Assembly: GCA_016714465.1 (NCBI GenBank)
Contig: JADKDT010000005.1
Coordinates: 58,186-122,185, forward strand
Direction: 5' to 3'
DNA: 64,000 bases
Source: Candidatus Brachythrix odensensis
GTDB lineage: Bacteria; Chloroflexota; Anaerolineae; J036; Brachytrichaceae
The notes beneath the pieces are model-generated. The model saw nothing but the letters and a program-made list of their open reading frames with translations, searched no databases and was not told the origin of the DNA. The position numbers and the translations under genes were made by a program. Below are positions 25,248-37,256 of the stretch, one piece after another (position 1 is the first letter of the stretch; every line of letters begins with the position of its first letter).

Positions 25248-28200
25248 CTACCGCAGCACCCGCGGGACAAACGTCGCCCGGGTCTCGAAGCGGGCGGCGC
25301 AGGATGTGTCCGCCGTCATCGTCACCACCCCATCGGTGCAGTCCGCGTCGCCGCTCCAGCCGGCGAATGCCCAGCCCGCCTGGGCCGCCGCCCCGAGCAT
25401 GATGACCGATCCATACGAGAATGGGTTGGCCCCCACCGTTGGCGTTACGCCAGCGCTGCCCGCGCCAGGGGTCGTCACCGTGGGCGTGCTCGCGTTGACG
25501 ATGAAGGCCGTTGTCGTCATCGTCAACGTATAGGTGTTAATCCCAAACGCGGCCGTGATTGTGTGGTCGGCCGTAACGTTCGTGAATGTGTAGCCCTGCA
25601 GCGCCCCTTGTGAGACGCCGTCCACCCCCACGTCCACGACATGGTAGCCGGTGTCTGGCGTGATTGTGAACGCCGCCATGCCCGAGTAGTTCACCGTTTG
25701 CGGCGTGCCCGGCGTGATCGACCCGTTCGCCCCCGCCGTGGGCGTGATCGTGTAGGTGTTGATCGCAAACGTGGCCGTGATCGTGTGGTCGGCCGTCACG
25801 TTGGTGAACGTGTAGACCTGCAACTCACCCTGCGAGACGCCGTCCGCGCCCACATCCACGACGTGGTACCCCGTGTCGGGTGTGATCGCAAAGATTGCCG
25901 TCCCTCCCGTGTTCACCGTCTGCGGCGCAACCGGCGTGATCGACCCATTCGCCCCTGCCGTCGGGGTGATCAGCCAGGCCGGCAGCTCATCGTAGCCAAT
26001 GTCAAAACCCGCGCCTTGCGGGCGGACCTGCCCGTCAAAGTCGGCGTAGACGCCCGCATCGATCCCCGCATCCAGGGCCGCGCTGCCCAGGCTCAGGTGG
26101 TAGTCGGCGGCCATCGGGTTCACAAACCCGGCCGTTCCGGTGATGCCGCCCACGCTGATAACGGTCCCGCTATAGGGCGTCGTCACATTGTCAAAGAGGG
26201 TGTTCCAGTCCCCAGCCGTGATGGCGCTGGCGTCAATCCCGATGGTATGCGAGGCGATCAGGGTGTTGGTCATGAAAACCGCCGCCTGATCGTCGCCATA
26301 CACGGCCGAGCCGCTCGCGATAGTCGGGCTGGCGATGGTGGTGTGGACCAGGCTCAGCGTGGCGTCCCCAACGTAGATGTCCAGTCCGCGCTTTGCGTCA
26401 GCCTGATTTGCGGCAAAGAGAGCGTTCACGACCCGTGAAGTGTTGCAGCACCGGATGGACAGCCCGCCGCCAACTTTGGCAATATTGCCGATGAACTGGG
26501 TGCCCGTCAGCTCAAGCTTGTAGTAGACATATAGACCGCCGCCCCCGCCATTGCCGCCGCTGCGATTGTCCTGGAACAGCCCGCGCTCGACCGTCGCGCC
26601 ATCATCGGCAAAGACGCCACCCCCGTCGCCGTCGCTGCTGTTGCCAATAAAGCGCGTATCGGCCAGCGTCAGCGCGCCCCTCGCGTAAAGGCCGCCGTGC
26701 TTGGTGTTCCCCCGATTGCCGATGAACGCCCCGCCCGTCACGTTCACGATGTCGCGCGCGTTCACCCCGCCGCCCTCATTGGCGGTATTGCTGATGAACT
26801 GGGTGTCGGTCAGCGTCAGTTCGCCCTCAACATACAGCCCGCCGCCTCGCGCGGCGCTGGTGTTGCCCTGGAAGACCGCGCCGTTCAAGCTCGCCGCGTC
26901 GCCTGCGTAAGCGCCGCCCGCCCAACCCCCTTGCAGGGCGGTATTGCTCACGACCCGGGTCGCGGTCAGCGCGAGTGTGCTATTTGCATACACGCCGCCG
27001 CCGTCCTGACCCCGATTGTTCTCGATGGCGCCGCCCACGAGCGATAGCGCGCCGGTCGCGTACAGACCCCCGCCTCCGGCTTTGGCAGTATTGTTGCTGA
27101 ACGTTGTGTTCTCCGCAAACACCGCTCCCAGACCAAACACCCCGCCGCCTTGATGGCCCCCCGCCGTTCCCGTGATCGCATTCCCGCGCACGCTGAGGTC
27201 GGTCAGGGTCAGCGCGCCGCCGGCATAGATGCCCCCGCCATGCGCGGTGCCTGGTGTGCTGAGGGAACCGTTGGTGGCCGTGAATCCGCGCAGCGTGGCG
27301 GCCACAGACGCAAAGATGACCCGTCCGCCCGCAAGCGCGTCGAGGGTGGTGGGATTTGCGACCGGAGCGTAGGTCGTCCAGTCGGTAGTGGTGTAGCCGC
27401 CCGAGAGGGTCACCGACTTCGTGATGAGGGCCACCTGGGTCGTGCCGCCCTGGGTCTGCGCGCCTGCGCAGTAGCCTGCCACTTTCACCGTGCCGTTTGG
27501 CGCGACTGCGCCGAGGGCATCCCGGACCGCCCGCGCGTTGGCGCTGCCGAAAACGGTCGTGCCGTTGTCGGGTGTGGCGAAGCAGATATGGGCCCCAAAG
27601 GCCGCGGTGATGACATGGTCGGCCGTCACATTGGTGAACGTGAAGCTGTCAAGCGCCCCCTGCGAAACCCCGTCCACGCCCACATCCAGCACGTCATAGT
27701 TGGCACTGGGCACGACCGTGAATCTGACGGAAGTACCGGGCGAGACCGTCTGGGGCGTTCCCGGCATGATGGCGCCGCCGGCCCCCGCCGTCGGGGTGAG
27801 GACGTAGAAGATCGCCTCAAACGCGCCCAGGTCAACAATGCCGTTTTGCGGGCGGGCCACCCCACGCTGGTCGGTCGCGGGGCCAGGCCGTTGCTGCCCT
27901 GGTTGATCGCGGATGAACCCAGGAGCACGGCCATCGTCCATGTCGCGCCGCCGTTGTCGGCCAGCGGCTGCAGGCTGGGGTCGCCCGAGTAGCTGGCGTT
28001 GCAGCTGCCATCCTCGATCAAGGTGGTGATGGCGGTCGAACTCCCCGCAACGCAGTCGTTCGGGCCGTTGTTGGCGATGAGCGTGTTGGTGAGGTAAACC
28101 GTCCCGGATACCCACAGCCCGCCACCCGTGCCTGCGGCGGTCCGGTTGTCCGAGAAGGTGCTGTTGAGGGCGTTGATCGTGTTGAGCGCATTCACCGCCC

Positions 28201-28927
28201 CGCCATCGCCGGCCGAGGTGTTGCTATAGAACGTGCTATTGATGAGGGTGGCCCGGCCGGCATAGACGGCACCCCCGCCGCTTGCGCCAGCGATGTTGTA
28301 GGCAAACGTGCTGTTGGCGATGGTGACGGGGCCATTGGCCGCCACCCCGCCACCCCAGCCGCTGCTGGTGAATCCGCCGTTGTTGTTGCGCAGGGTCGAG
28401 GAGTAGATGCTCACCCCCGCCGAGGAACTACTGTTCCAGATGCCGCCGCCGGGAGAGGCCGAGGAGAGGCCATTCAGGATGTTGAGGTTTTCCACCGTCA
28501 GGGCCCGATTGGTGCGGATGACGCGCCCGGCGTTGACCCCATCCAGGGTGGCGGGTTGGGTGATGGGATAAGCGCTGCTCCAGTTTGTGTCGGTATACCC
28601 GCCGCGCAGGGTGAGTGCCTTGCCGCTGATGTCGACCAGATGCCCGGCGCTGATCCCGGCGCAGTAACCGGCGACTTTGATCGTGCCGCCTGCAGCGGCC
28701 GCCGCCACGGCATCACGAACAGCTTGAGAGTCTGCGCTGGCAAAGTCGGTGACGTTGTCGCCGGTGTACTCGGTTAAGCAGTTCTGCGGGAAAACCAGGC
28801 CATCGGGCGGGGTCGGGGCCCATACCAAGGGCGCGAAGACCGCGCCCTCCCACGCAGATACCGGGGCCGCGCTGAAGAGCGCGACAGCAAGCGCGAAAAC
28901 ATACCGAACGGCGAGCGTTGGGGACAT
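25248..28927 (-). CDS. Large secreted surface protein (~1226 aa): two right-handed beta-helix (choice-of-anchor-Q / Pmp-repeat-like) modules plus four Ig-like (divergent InlB-B-repeat-like) domains; frame broken at the run of four G at 27879-27882
   Basis: Signal peptide MSPTLAVRYVFALAVALFSAAPVSAWEG from ATG 28927, preceded by a GGGAG RBS. GGG(A/L)(Y/W)-type repeats. ..SAINQGSNGLA is in ORF 27626..28966, and ATDQRGVARPQNGIVDLGAFE continues in ORF 25248..28115. Adding one C to the CCCC run restores a single frame. Confidence 0.8.
25528..25971. repeat. Intragenic 222-bp tandem repeat (x2), 74-aa Ig-like module
   Basis: INTYT(I/L)TPTAGANGSITP..PQTVN..TPDTGYHVVDVG.DGVSQG.LQ.YTFTNVTADHTITA.F is duplicated with high nucleotide identity. 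A diverged third copy lies near 27590-27800. Confidence 0.8.
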
Positions 28928-29060
28928 GTCTATCTCCCAGATGGCCCGCGGGTCAGGGCCGGCCACCGCGTTTGTACAACGTTGCGCGTGCTATTTCTCC
29001 CCCCGGGAGACAGCTGATACCGAGAGACTATAACGCCGAACCGATGAATGCGGGCGCGGG

Positions 29061-29236
29061 CTGAATCACCGAGCACACGGAGACTGCGGATTACGTGGAT
29101 CCGCTGACGAATGAACCTCGCGGGTAGACGCCCTCGAGTTGGGGTTGGATAGAGCTGTTGGCGCCTACCCGCGAGATTTTCCCGACGCCCAGGCGCAAAT
29201 CGGTGTCATCGACTGCGTCCGTGTCATCCGTGATCC
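29061..29236. repeat. CACGGA-family element carrying a nested second palindrome
   Basis: Outer arms ctgaatcaccgagcacacggagactgcggattacgtgg / cggtgtcatcgactgcgtccgtgtcatccgtgatcc. Inner inverted repeat ctcgcgggtagacgcc (29117-29132) / ggcgcctacccgcgag (29160-29175). Confidence 0.75.
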
Positions 29237-30234
29237 AGGGCGTGGATGGGCTTGAAACGATCAGACAGGCGCTCGCGGACGGAGGCCTCGAGGGTCTCGT
29301 TGCAGGCGCCCAGAATCGCAAAGCCGATGTCGCCGTAGTCGAGGTCCTTGATCAGGGGGAAGAGGCCCTCGGACAAATTCGAAGCGACCTGCGCGCCGGC
29401 CGCCCGCACGATCGGCCACATGGCGGCCACATCCCAGACGTGGACGGACTGCTGAATAACGCCCACAACCGACCCGCGAGCGAGCATGGCCAGATCGAAA
29501 CCGGTCGAACCCGAGATGCGGGCTTTCATCGGCAGGTTGGGCTTGCCGAACTTGAGCGTGCGCGAGCAGGCCGAGAAGAGCTGGGTGGGCTGCAGGCTGT
29601 CGGCCTGCGCAGCTTTGATCGGCTCGTCGTTGAGCCAGGCCCCGGCCCCTTCGATCCCGTAGTACTGATGCCCGATCATCGGAAAATCCGCCACGCCCAT
29701 GACCGGCGTGCCGTGATGAAGAAGGCCGATGAGCACCCCCCAGGTCGGAAAGCCCCAGGTGAAATTCGAGGTGCCGTCGATGGGGTCGATCACCCACACC
29801 CACTCCTCGCCGCCGAAGACCTGGGCCTGCTCCTCCGACAGCACCCCGTGGTCCGGATAGCGCTCGCGGATGGCGTTCGAGATGTTGCGATCGGCTTCGA
29901 GGTCGAACTCGGTGACCAGTGTGCCATCCTTCTTCAAGGTGGCGACCAGCAGCCCTTCGACCTTACGCAGGCGGATCCCCGCGTCACGGGCCAACTCACG
30001 GGCGAAGGCGAGCGCGCCAGGAGGCAGGCCGTCGGTGCCGGGCGCGGCCCCGACGATCTCGAGGGCAAAGCCGGCGGCTCGGCGCTGCTCGATGACCCGG
30101 CCCTCGTCTGCGGCGATCTCGCGCAGGAGTTGGCGGACGGACTCCTGCTCCTCGGGCTCGAGCGCCTCCCAGGCGGCCCGGACATCGGGCGCCTCCTCGC
30201 TGAAGATGCGCTCCCAAAATAGGTCAAGGTTCAT
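29224..30234 (-). CDS. Inositol monophosphatase-family phosphatase (SuhB/HisN-like) with ~75-aa N-terminal extension
   Basis: ORF 29224..30294 trimmed to ATG 30234. Motifs EEQ.., WVIDPIDGTSNF and WDVAA. The last codons GAT CAC GGA TGA lie inside the repeat element. Confidence 0.8.
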   Translation of the reverse strand: MNLDLFWERIFSEEAPDVRAAWEALEPEEQESVRQLLREIAADEGRVIEQRRAAGFALEIVGAAPGTDGLPPGALAFARELARDAGIRLRKVEGLLVATLKKDGTLVTEFDLEADRNISNAIRERYPDHGVLSEEQAQVFGGEEWVWVIDPIDGTSNFTWGFPTWGVLIGLLHHGTPVMGVADFPMIGHQYYGIEGAGAWLNDEPIKAAQADSLQPTQLFSACSRTLKFGKPNLPMKARISGSTGFDLAMLARGSVVGVIQQSVHVWDVAAMWPIVRAAGAQVASNLSEGLFPLIKDLDYGDIGFAILGACNETLEASVRERLSDRFKPIHALDHG

Positions 30235-30360
30235 GGGCTTCTTTTCGCGGCGCGATGCGGCGCCGGGGAGAGTGATTGTAAACGGCCGCAGCATCGCCGG
30301 GTGAGGGGGAGGCCGGGCACCCTCAGGTCCACGCCTCGTATCGCGCCGGCCACGAACCCC

Positions 30361-31450
30361 TCACCCGCGCCCGGGGCCACGATCGCCGGTCAACAATCTC
30401 GCCATCTCCACCGCCAGCGCGCGCATAAGCAGGGGCGGAACCGCATTGCCGACCTGATGGGCCTTCTGGATGTAGGTGCCGCAGAAGGTAAAGCTGTCGG
30501 GGAAAGATTGCAGGCGGGCGGCCTCGCGAATGGTGATCACCCGCGGGTCGCGCGGGTGGCCATACCGCCCGCTCCCGGGATGAAACACCCAGCGGGTGAT
30601 CGTGGGCGCGGGCGCCTCCCACGTGAGGCGCCCATACGCGCCGCTGTAGCCCGAGCGCGGGCGCAGCGCGTCGGGCAGATCGCGCAAGCCCTGGCCCGGG
30701 CCGATGGAGGCCAGGCGGGCGGCCTGGGTGGGCCGGAGTGGCCGGGCGACGTGATCGCGCAGCAGGGGCGACCCAGCTCGCATGCCGATCTGATACGGGG
30801 TGGCCGGCGGATCGGCGTACTCAGTCTCGTCCGAGGCCTTCGCCGTGCGCGAGCGGCGGCAGATCGCCGATCGCATCGCGGACCGTGACGGGCATCTGCG
30901 CGGGAAGAGCGGGAAACGGCCGGGTGCTGTCGCGCCGGCCAATGAAGAAAGCCCGCCGGCGCTGTTGGGGCACGCCGTGTTCGGAGGCGCGCAGCACGCG
31001 GGCCTCGACGGCATACCCGGCCGCGCCCAGGCGCTCGGCGATCTCGCTGCTAAAGGCGCCCCCAAAGCCATTCTTCATTTCGGCCACGTTCTCCATGATG
31101 ATGGCTCGCGGGCGGAGAAACTCGACAAAGGCGAGGAAGCGCTGAACGAGCAGGTTGCGCGGATCTTCATGGGTGCGCTGGGCGCGCGGCACGTTTTTGC
31201 TGAAGCCCTGGCAGGGCGGCCCGCCGATCAGCAGGTCGAGCTCGCCCCGGCGCAGGCCGACGGAGCGGGCGAAGGCGCGCGGTTCGAGGGACGCGAGGTC
31301 GGCCAGACGCCCGCGCTCGGCCCCGAAATTGCGCTGGTAGGTCTGGATGGCGATCGGGTCAGTGTCGAGCCCGGCGACGACCTCGAAGCCCGCCTGGCGC
31401 GCCCCGAGCGACATGCCGCCGCAACCGCAGAAAAGATCGACCACTCGCAC
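30361..31450 (-). CDS. DNA (cytosine-5)-methyltransferase (Dcm-type), orphan, frame broken near 30833-30840
   Basis: Motif I DLFCGCGG, motif IV GGPPCQGFS and ENV lie in ORF 30821..31450. The target-recognition region and motifs IX/X (REAARLQSFPDSF, GNAVPPLL) lie in ORF 30361..31071. Confidence 0.8.
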
Positions 31451-31493
31451 GGAGCGAGTTTATCACCGACAGCAGAGGTCCTGGTGGTTTTCA

Positions 31494-31561
31494 CCACAAA
31501 GGCACCAAAGACACATCGCCGTTGTTCTTGTTTCCTTGTGAGTGTCTTTGTGCCTTTGTGG
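31494..31561. repeat. CACAAAGGCAC-family hairpin
   Basis: ccacaaaggcaccaaagacac ... gtgtctttgtgcctttgtgg. A half copy (ttgcctttgtggtgaaaaacc) occurs at 58591-58611. Confidence 0.65.
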
Positions 31562-31627
31562 CGAACGGCTTTCTATGCCATGCGTGGGCGATCACTGCTG
31601 GGTCGTCAGGTATCATCGTCCGTCGCC

Positions 31628-32698
31628 ATGACGACACGCATTCCCGTCGCGGTTCTGGGCGCCACCGGCGCCGTGGGACAGCGCTTTGTTCAACTGCTTC
31701 AGAACCATCCCCTGTTCGAGATCGTGGCCCTGACCGCCTCTGACCGGAGCGAGGGCAAGCGCTATGCCGAGGCCGCGCGCTGGGTGACCGACGGCGACAT
31801 ACCCGCCGAGCTGCGCGACCGGATGCTGCTGGCCACAGACGCCGGGGCGGTTCAGCGGGCCGCGCCCGAAACCCGTTTCGTCTTCAGCGCGCTACCCAAC
31901 GAGAGCGCCCAGGAGGCCGAACCCGCCTTTGCCCGGGCCGGGATGACGGTCTTCTCAAACGCGTCGGTCTATCGGATGGCCTCTGACGTGCCGCTGGTCA
32001 TCCCCGAGGTCAACGCCGGGCACCTGGCCCTGCTCCGTCATCAGCGCGCGGCGCGAGGCTGGACGGGCGGGATTGTGTGCAACACCAACTGCACCGTTTC
32101 TGGGCCGGCGATGTCCTTGCGCCCGCTGCACGACCGGTTTGGGGTGAAGCGGGTGTTCTGCGTGTCGATGCAGGCGATCAGCGGCGCGGGCTATCCGGGC
32201 GTGCCCTCGCTCGACATCACCGACAACGTCCTGCCCTTCATCAAGGGCGAGGAAGAGAAGGTCGGGGCCGAGACCCGCAAGCTGCTGGGCGCGCTGGGTG
32301 AGGATCGGATTCAGGATGCCGATATCGCGGTGAGCGCGCACTGCAACCGGGTGCAGGTCATCGACGGGCACATGGTGACGATGAGCGTGGAGCTCGAGAC
32401 CGCTGCGACGCCCGAGCAGGCCGCCCAGGCGATGCGGGATTACGCCTGCGCCGACGTGGCCGGCTTGCCCAGCGCGCCGGAGCACGCCATCATCGTCCAC
32501 GACGCGCTCGACCGGCCGCAGCCACGGCGCGACCGGATGAACGGTGGCGGAATGAGTACGAGCGTTGGGCGAATGCGGCGAGAGGAGCTGTTCGGCGAGC
32601 GCGGCATCAAATACATGACCCTGGCCCACAATACAATTCGCGGGGCGGCGGGCGGCAGCCTGCTGAACGCGGAGACCCTGCTGCGGATGCTGTGGTGA
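31628..32698 (+). CDS. asd: Aspartate-semialdehyde dehydrogenase (archaeal/fungal-type branch)
   Basis: ATG 31628 within ORF 30800..32698. VAVLGATGAVGQRF Rossmann motif, active-site CNTNCTV, SGAGYPG. Confidence 0.8.
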   Translation: MTTRIPVAVLGATGAVGQRFVQLLQNHPLFEIVALTASDRSEGKRYAEAARWVTDGDIPAELRDRMLLATDAGAVQRAAPETRFVFSALPNESAQEAEPAFARAGMTVFSNASVYRMASDVPLVIPEVNAGHLALLRHQRAARGWTGGIVCNTNCTVSGPAMSLRPLHDRFGVKRVFCVSMQAISGAGYPGVPSLDITDNVLPFIKGEEEKVGAETRKLLGALGEDRIQDADIAVSAHCNRVQVIDGHMVTMSVELETAATPEQAAQAMRDYACADVAGLPSAPEHAIIVHDALDRPQPRRDRMNGGGMSTSVGRMRREELFGERGIKYMTLAHNTIRGAAGGSLLNAETLLRMLW

Positions 32699-32715
32699 AC
32701 GTCAGAACCCATGCC

Positions 32716-33216
32716 GTCATTCCCGCGAAAGCGCAATGGCATAAAGTTAAGGTGCGCATGCGCAAGATGCCGCACGAACGATCCTCCATTCTTGTCATCC
32801 TGAGTGAGCCCCATAGGGTCTCGGGCGGGACGAGCGGTGGGGGCGAGCGAAGGACCCCTGTGACGTCAACCCGGGCATGGGTGGATCGGCATACGCGTGT
32901 TGTCACCGATATCCTACGCATACGCGCAACGTCACAGGGGTCCTTCGCGCGGCCCGTTACTCGCGTTTATGCATCGGCTCGGTGGGCCGCACTCAGGATG
33001 ACAAACGCGAGAAACTCGCGCCTGCTCCGGTCCGAAGGGCCCTTCAAGCTCGCGCTTTACGCTCACTTAGTGCCATTGCGCGCAAGAGAGAATCCAGAAA
33101 ACGATTCCGTGTCTTCCTCGTTCGTCGTTGGCCGCGGGCTCCTGCCCTGGATTCCCTGTCATCCCCGCGCAAGCGGGGAGTTCGCGGGAATGACGTACGT
33201 CGAGCGCGGGAATGAC
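32716..33216. repeat. Nest of long palindromic repeats (GTCATCCTGAG...CGAAGGAC family plus GTCATTCCCGCGAA family)
   Basis: Inner ~209-bp imperfect palindrome 32794-33002 (gtcatcctgagtg..cgaaggacccctgtgacgt / acgtcacaggggtccttcg..cactcaggatgac). It is flanked by gtcattcccgcgaa (32716-32729) and ttcgcgggaatgac (33181-33194), and by gcgcaatggca / tgccattgcgc. Confidence 0.75.
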
Positions 33217-33248
33217 GAGTGAGTCTGTCACAATCGGAGCTTACAAAT

Positions 33249-34586
<1,338 letters not shown>

Positions 34587-34597
34587 TCCTTCAACGC

Positions 34598-35926
34598 ATG
34601 CCAAAAACCACTCCGCGCCCGGCTGCCCTCATGCGGGTCCGCCATGACCGCGCCACCGGCGTCACCACGGCCAGCCTGTCCAACGGCTTGACGATCCTCG
34701 CCCGCGAAATGCGGGCCGCGCCAATCACCGCTTTCTGCGTGTGGTACCGGGTGGGGTCGCGCAACGAACACCTGGGCATCACCGGCGCCTCGCACTGGGT
34801 CGAGCACATGATGTTCAAGGGCACGCCCCAGCACAACGAAGCGGAGATGGACCGCCTGATCTCGCGCGAGGGCGGGCATCGGAATGCCTTCACCTGGATC
34901 GACTGCACCGCCTACTACGAGACGATGCCGTCGGACAAGATCGACCTGGCCATCGCGCTCGAGGCAGATCGAATGACCGGCTCGCTGTTCCGGCCGCGGG
35001 ATGTGGCCAGCGAACGTACCGTCATCATCAACGAGCGCCAGGGCAGCGAGAACAGCCCGGGCTTCCGGCTGGGCGAGGAAGTCCAGGCGGCGGCGTTTCG
35101 GGTGCATCCGTATGGGCACGAGGTGATCGGCCACATGGCCGACCTGCAGTCGATGTCGCGGGACGACCTGTTTGGGCACTACCGCCGTTTCTACGCGCCC
35201 AACAACGCCATCGTGTCAGTGGCGGGCGATTTCGACACGGCTGACATGCTGGCCCGCATCGCGCGCAAGCTCGGCCCGCTCAAGCGCGGGGTGGCGGCGC
35301 CGAAAGTGGCCGCCGATGAGCCCGAGCAGAAGGGCGAGCGGCGCGTGACGGTGAGGGGCGAGGGCAAGACCGATTACGTCACGCTGGCCTTTCACGCGCC
35401 CGGCGCCATGCACCCGGACGCGATGCCGTTGGTAGTCGTGGAGGCGGTGTTGAGCGGCGCGGGCGGGCTGACCTTCTTCGGGGGTGGCACGAGCAATCGC
35501 AGCTCGCGCCTGAGCAAGGCCCTGGTCGACACCGGCATCTCGGCCGACGCCGGCTGCAGCGTCGTGCCGACCATCGATCCGTTCTTGTTCTCTTTCTCGG
35601 CCACGCCCCAGGTGGGCGTGCCGCCCGCCGATGTCGAAGCCGCGCTGTGGCGCGAGATCGAGCGGATCAAGACCGAGCCGATCTCAGCCGAGGAGCTGGA
35701 GAAGGCCATCAAGCAGACCCGGGCCCAGGTCGCCTTCAACACCGAGTCGTGCACCAACCAGGCCTTCTGGCTCGGTTTCAGCCAGATCGTCGCCGACACG
35801 GCCTGGTTCACCGGCTATCTCGATCGCCTGCGCCAGGTCACCCCGGCAGAGGTTCAGCGCGTCGCGCAGACCTATCTGACCCGCGACAATGTCACCGTTG
35901 GCGTGTATGTAGCCGACGAGAAGTAG
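34598..35926 (+). CDS. M16-family zinc peptidase (pitrilysin-like, active subunit)
   Basis: ORF 34598..35926. Inverted zincin motif HWVEH, with the downstream E in NEAEMD. Confidence 0.85.
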   Translation: MPKTTPRPAALMRVRHDRATGVTTASLSNGLTILAREMRAAPITAFCVWYRVGSRNEHLGITGASHWVEHMMFKGTPQHNEAEMDRLISREGGHRNAFTWIDCTAYYETMPSDKIDLAIALEADRMTGSLFRPRDVASERTVIINERQGSENSPGFRLGEEVQAAAFRVHPYGHEVIGHMADLQSMSRDDLFGHYRRFYAPNNAIVSVAGDFDTADMLARIARKLGPLKRGVAAPKVAADEPEQKGERRVTVRGEGKTDYVTLAFHAPGAMHPDAMPLVVVEAVLSGAGGLTFFGGGTSNRSSRLSKALVDTGISADAGCSVVPTIDPFLFSFSATPQVGVPPADVEAALWREIERIKTEPISAEELEKAIKQTRAQVAFNTESCTNQAFWLGFSQIVADTAWFTGYLDRLRQVTPAEVQRVAQTYLTRDNVTVGVYVADEK

Positions 35927-35941
35927 CCGGCGGACGCACCC

Positions 35942-37216
35942 ATGAAGACACATCGCCCCGCGGCGGCCAGCGTGCCGCACACCGGCAACATCGCCCAGTT
36001 CAGCCTCGACAACGGGATCACCCTGCTGGTCTACGAGAACTTTGCCAGCCCGGCCGTGATCGTGAGCGGATATTTCACGGCGGGGATGCGGGATGAGGCG
36101 CCGCTCGGCACCGGCTTGTCCGGATTCGTGACGGACTGCCTCACCCGCGGCACGACCCGGCGCAGCTATGCCCAAATTTACGACGTGACCGAGTCGATCG
36201 GGGCCAGCATGGGGGTCTCGGCCGGGACGCATACGAGCTCGCTGTATGCCAAGAGCCTGGCCGAAGATCTGCCGCTGATGCTCGACCTGCTGAGCGACGT
36301 CGTGCGCCATCCATCGTTCCCGGCCGAGGAGCTCGAGCGCGAGCGGGCCGAATGGATCAGCGCGCTGCGCGAGCGGGAGAACAGCACCCGGGCCCAGAGC
36401 GGGATGGCCTTCTACGATCTGTGCTACCCGGAAGGGCATCCGTATCACTACCCCGGCGGCACGCTGGAGACGGCGAGGGCGATCACGCGCGAACAGGTGC
36501 TCGAGCACCACCGGACGTTCTTTTCGCCCCGGGAAATGACGTTGTGCATCGTGGGCGCGGTGAAAGCCGAGGAGGCCCTGACCCGGGTGGTCGCTGCGTT
36601 TGGCGACTGGACGGCGACCCGGCCCGAGCGCGCGCCGATGATCCCCGCTCCGGCGATTGTCGGTCAACCGCGGCGGCACATTCCGTTGCGCAACAAAAGC
36701 CAGACCAGCCTGCAGTGGGGGTTCCCAGCCCTGCCCCGAAATAGCCCGGACTGGATTCCGGCTGTGCTGATGAACAGCATCCTGGGCCAGTTCGGGATGT
36801 ATGGGCGGCTGGGCGAGCGGGTGCGCAAGGAAGAAGGGCTGGTGTATTACATCGGCACGAGCTTCAGCGGGGGGATCGGGCCGGGCGCCTGGCAGTGCCA
36901 TGCCGGCACCCAGCCAACAACAGTGGACCGGGTGGTGGAGATCTCGCGCAATGAGGTCCGCCGAATTCAGGACAAGCGGGTGACAGCCCGCGAGCTGGAC
37001 GACAACAAACGGTATTTCGTCGGCTCGCTGCCGCTGCAAATGGAGACCAATGAGGGGATCGCCGGGCGGATTCTGGACATGCGCCGCTACAACCTTGGGT
37101 TTGACTATCTGCTGAACTACGCCGAGCGGATCAATTCGATCACGGCCGCGCAACTGCAAGGCGCCGCTCAGCGCTGGCTGAACGCCGACAACTTTGTGCT
37201 GACGTCGTCGGGCTGA
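35942..37216 (+). CDS. M16-family peptidase, non-catalytic (beta-like) subunit
   Basis: ORF 35942..37216. M16 fold-like sequence without HxxEH, 16 nt downstream of the active subunit. Confidence 0.8.
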   Translation: MKTHRPAAASVPHTGNIAQFSLDNGITLLVYENFASPAVIVSGYFTAGMRDEAPLGTGLSGFVTDCLTRGTTRRSYAQIYDVTESIGASMGVSAGTHTSSLYAKSLAEDLPLMLDLLSDVVRHPSFPAEELERERAEWISALRERENSTRAQSGMAFYDLCYPEGHPYHYPGGTLETARAITREQVLEHHRTFFSPREMTLCIVGAVKAEEALTRVVAAFGDWTATRPERAPMIPAPAIVGQPRRHIPLRNKSQTSLQWGFPALPRNSPDWIPAVLMNSILGQFGMYGRLGERVRKEEGLVYYIGTSFSGGIGPGAWQCHAGTQPTTVDRVVEISRNEVRRIQDKRVTARELDDNKRYFVGSLPLQMETNEGIAGRILDMRRYNLGFDYLLNYAERINSITAAQLQGAAQRWLNADNFVLTSSG

Positions 37217-37256
37217 AACACAACCGATGCCCATAGCTACCAATAGACCTCATTCT

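Noticed and set aside
30295-31627. A restriction endonuclease, Vsr or specificity partner for the Dcm methyltransferase
   Set aside because: The flanking sequence is fully accounted for by the IMPase, a hairpin repeat and asd, leaving no unassigned ORF of suitable size.
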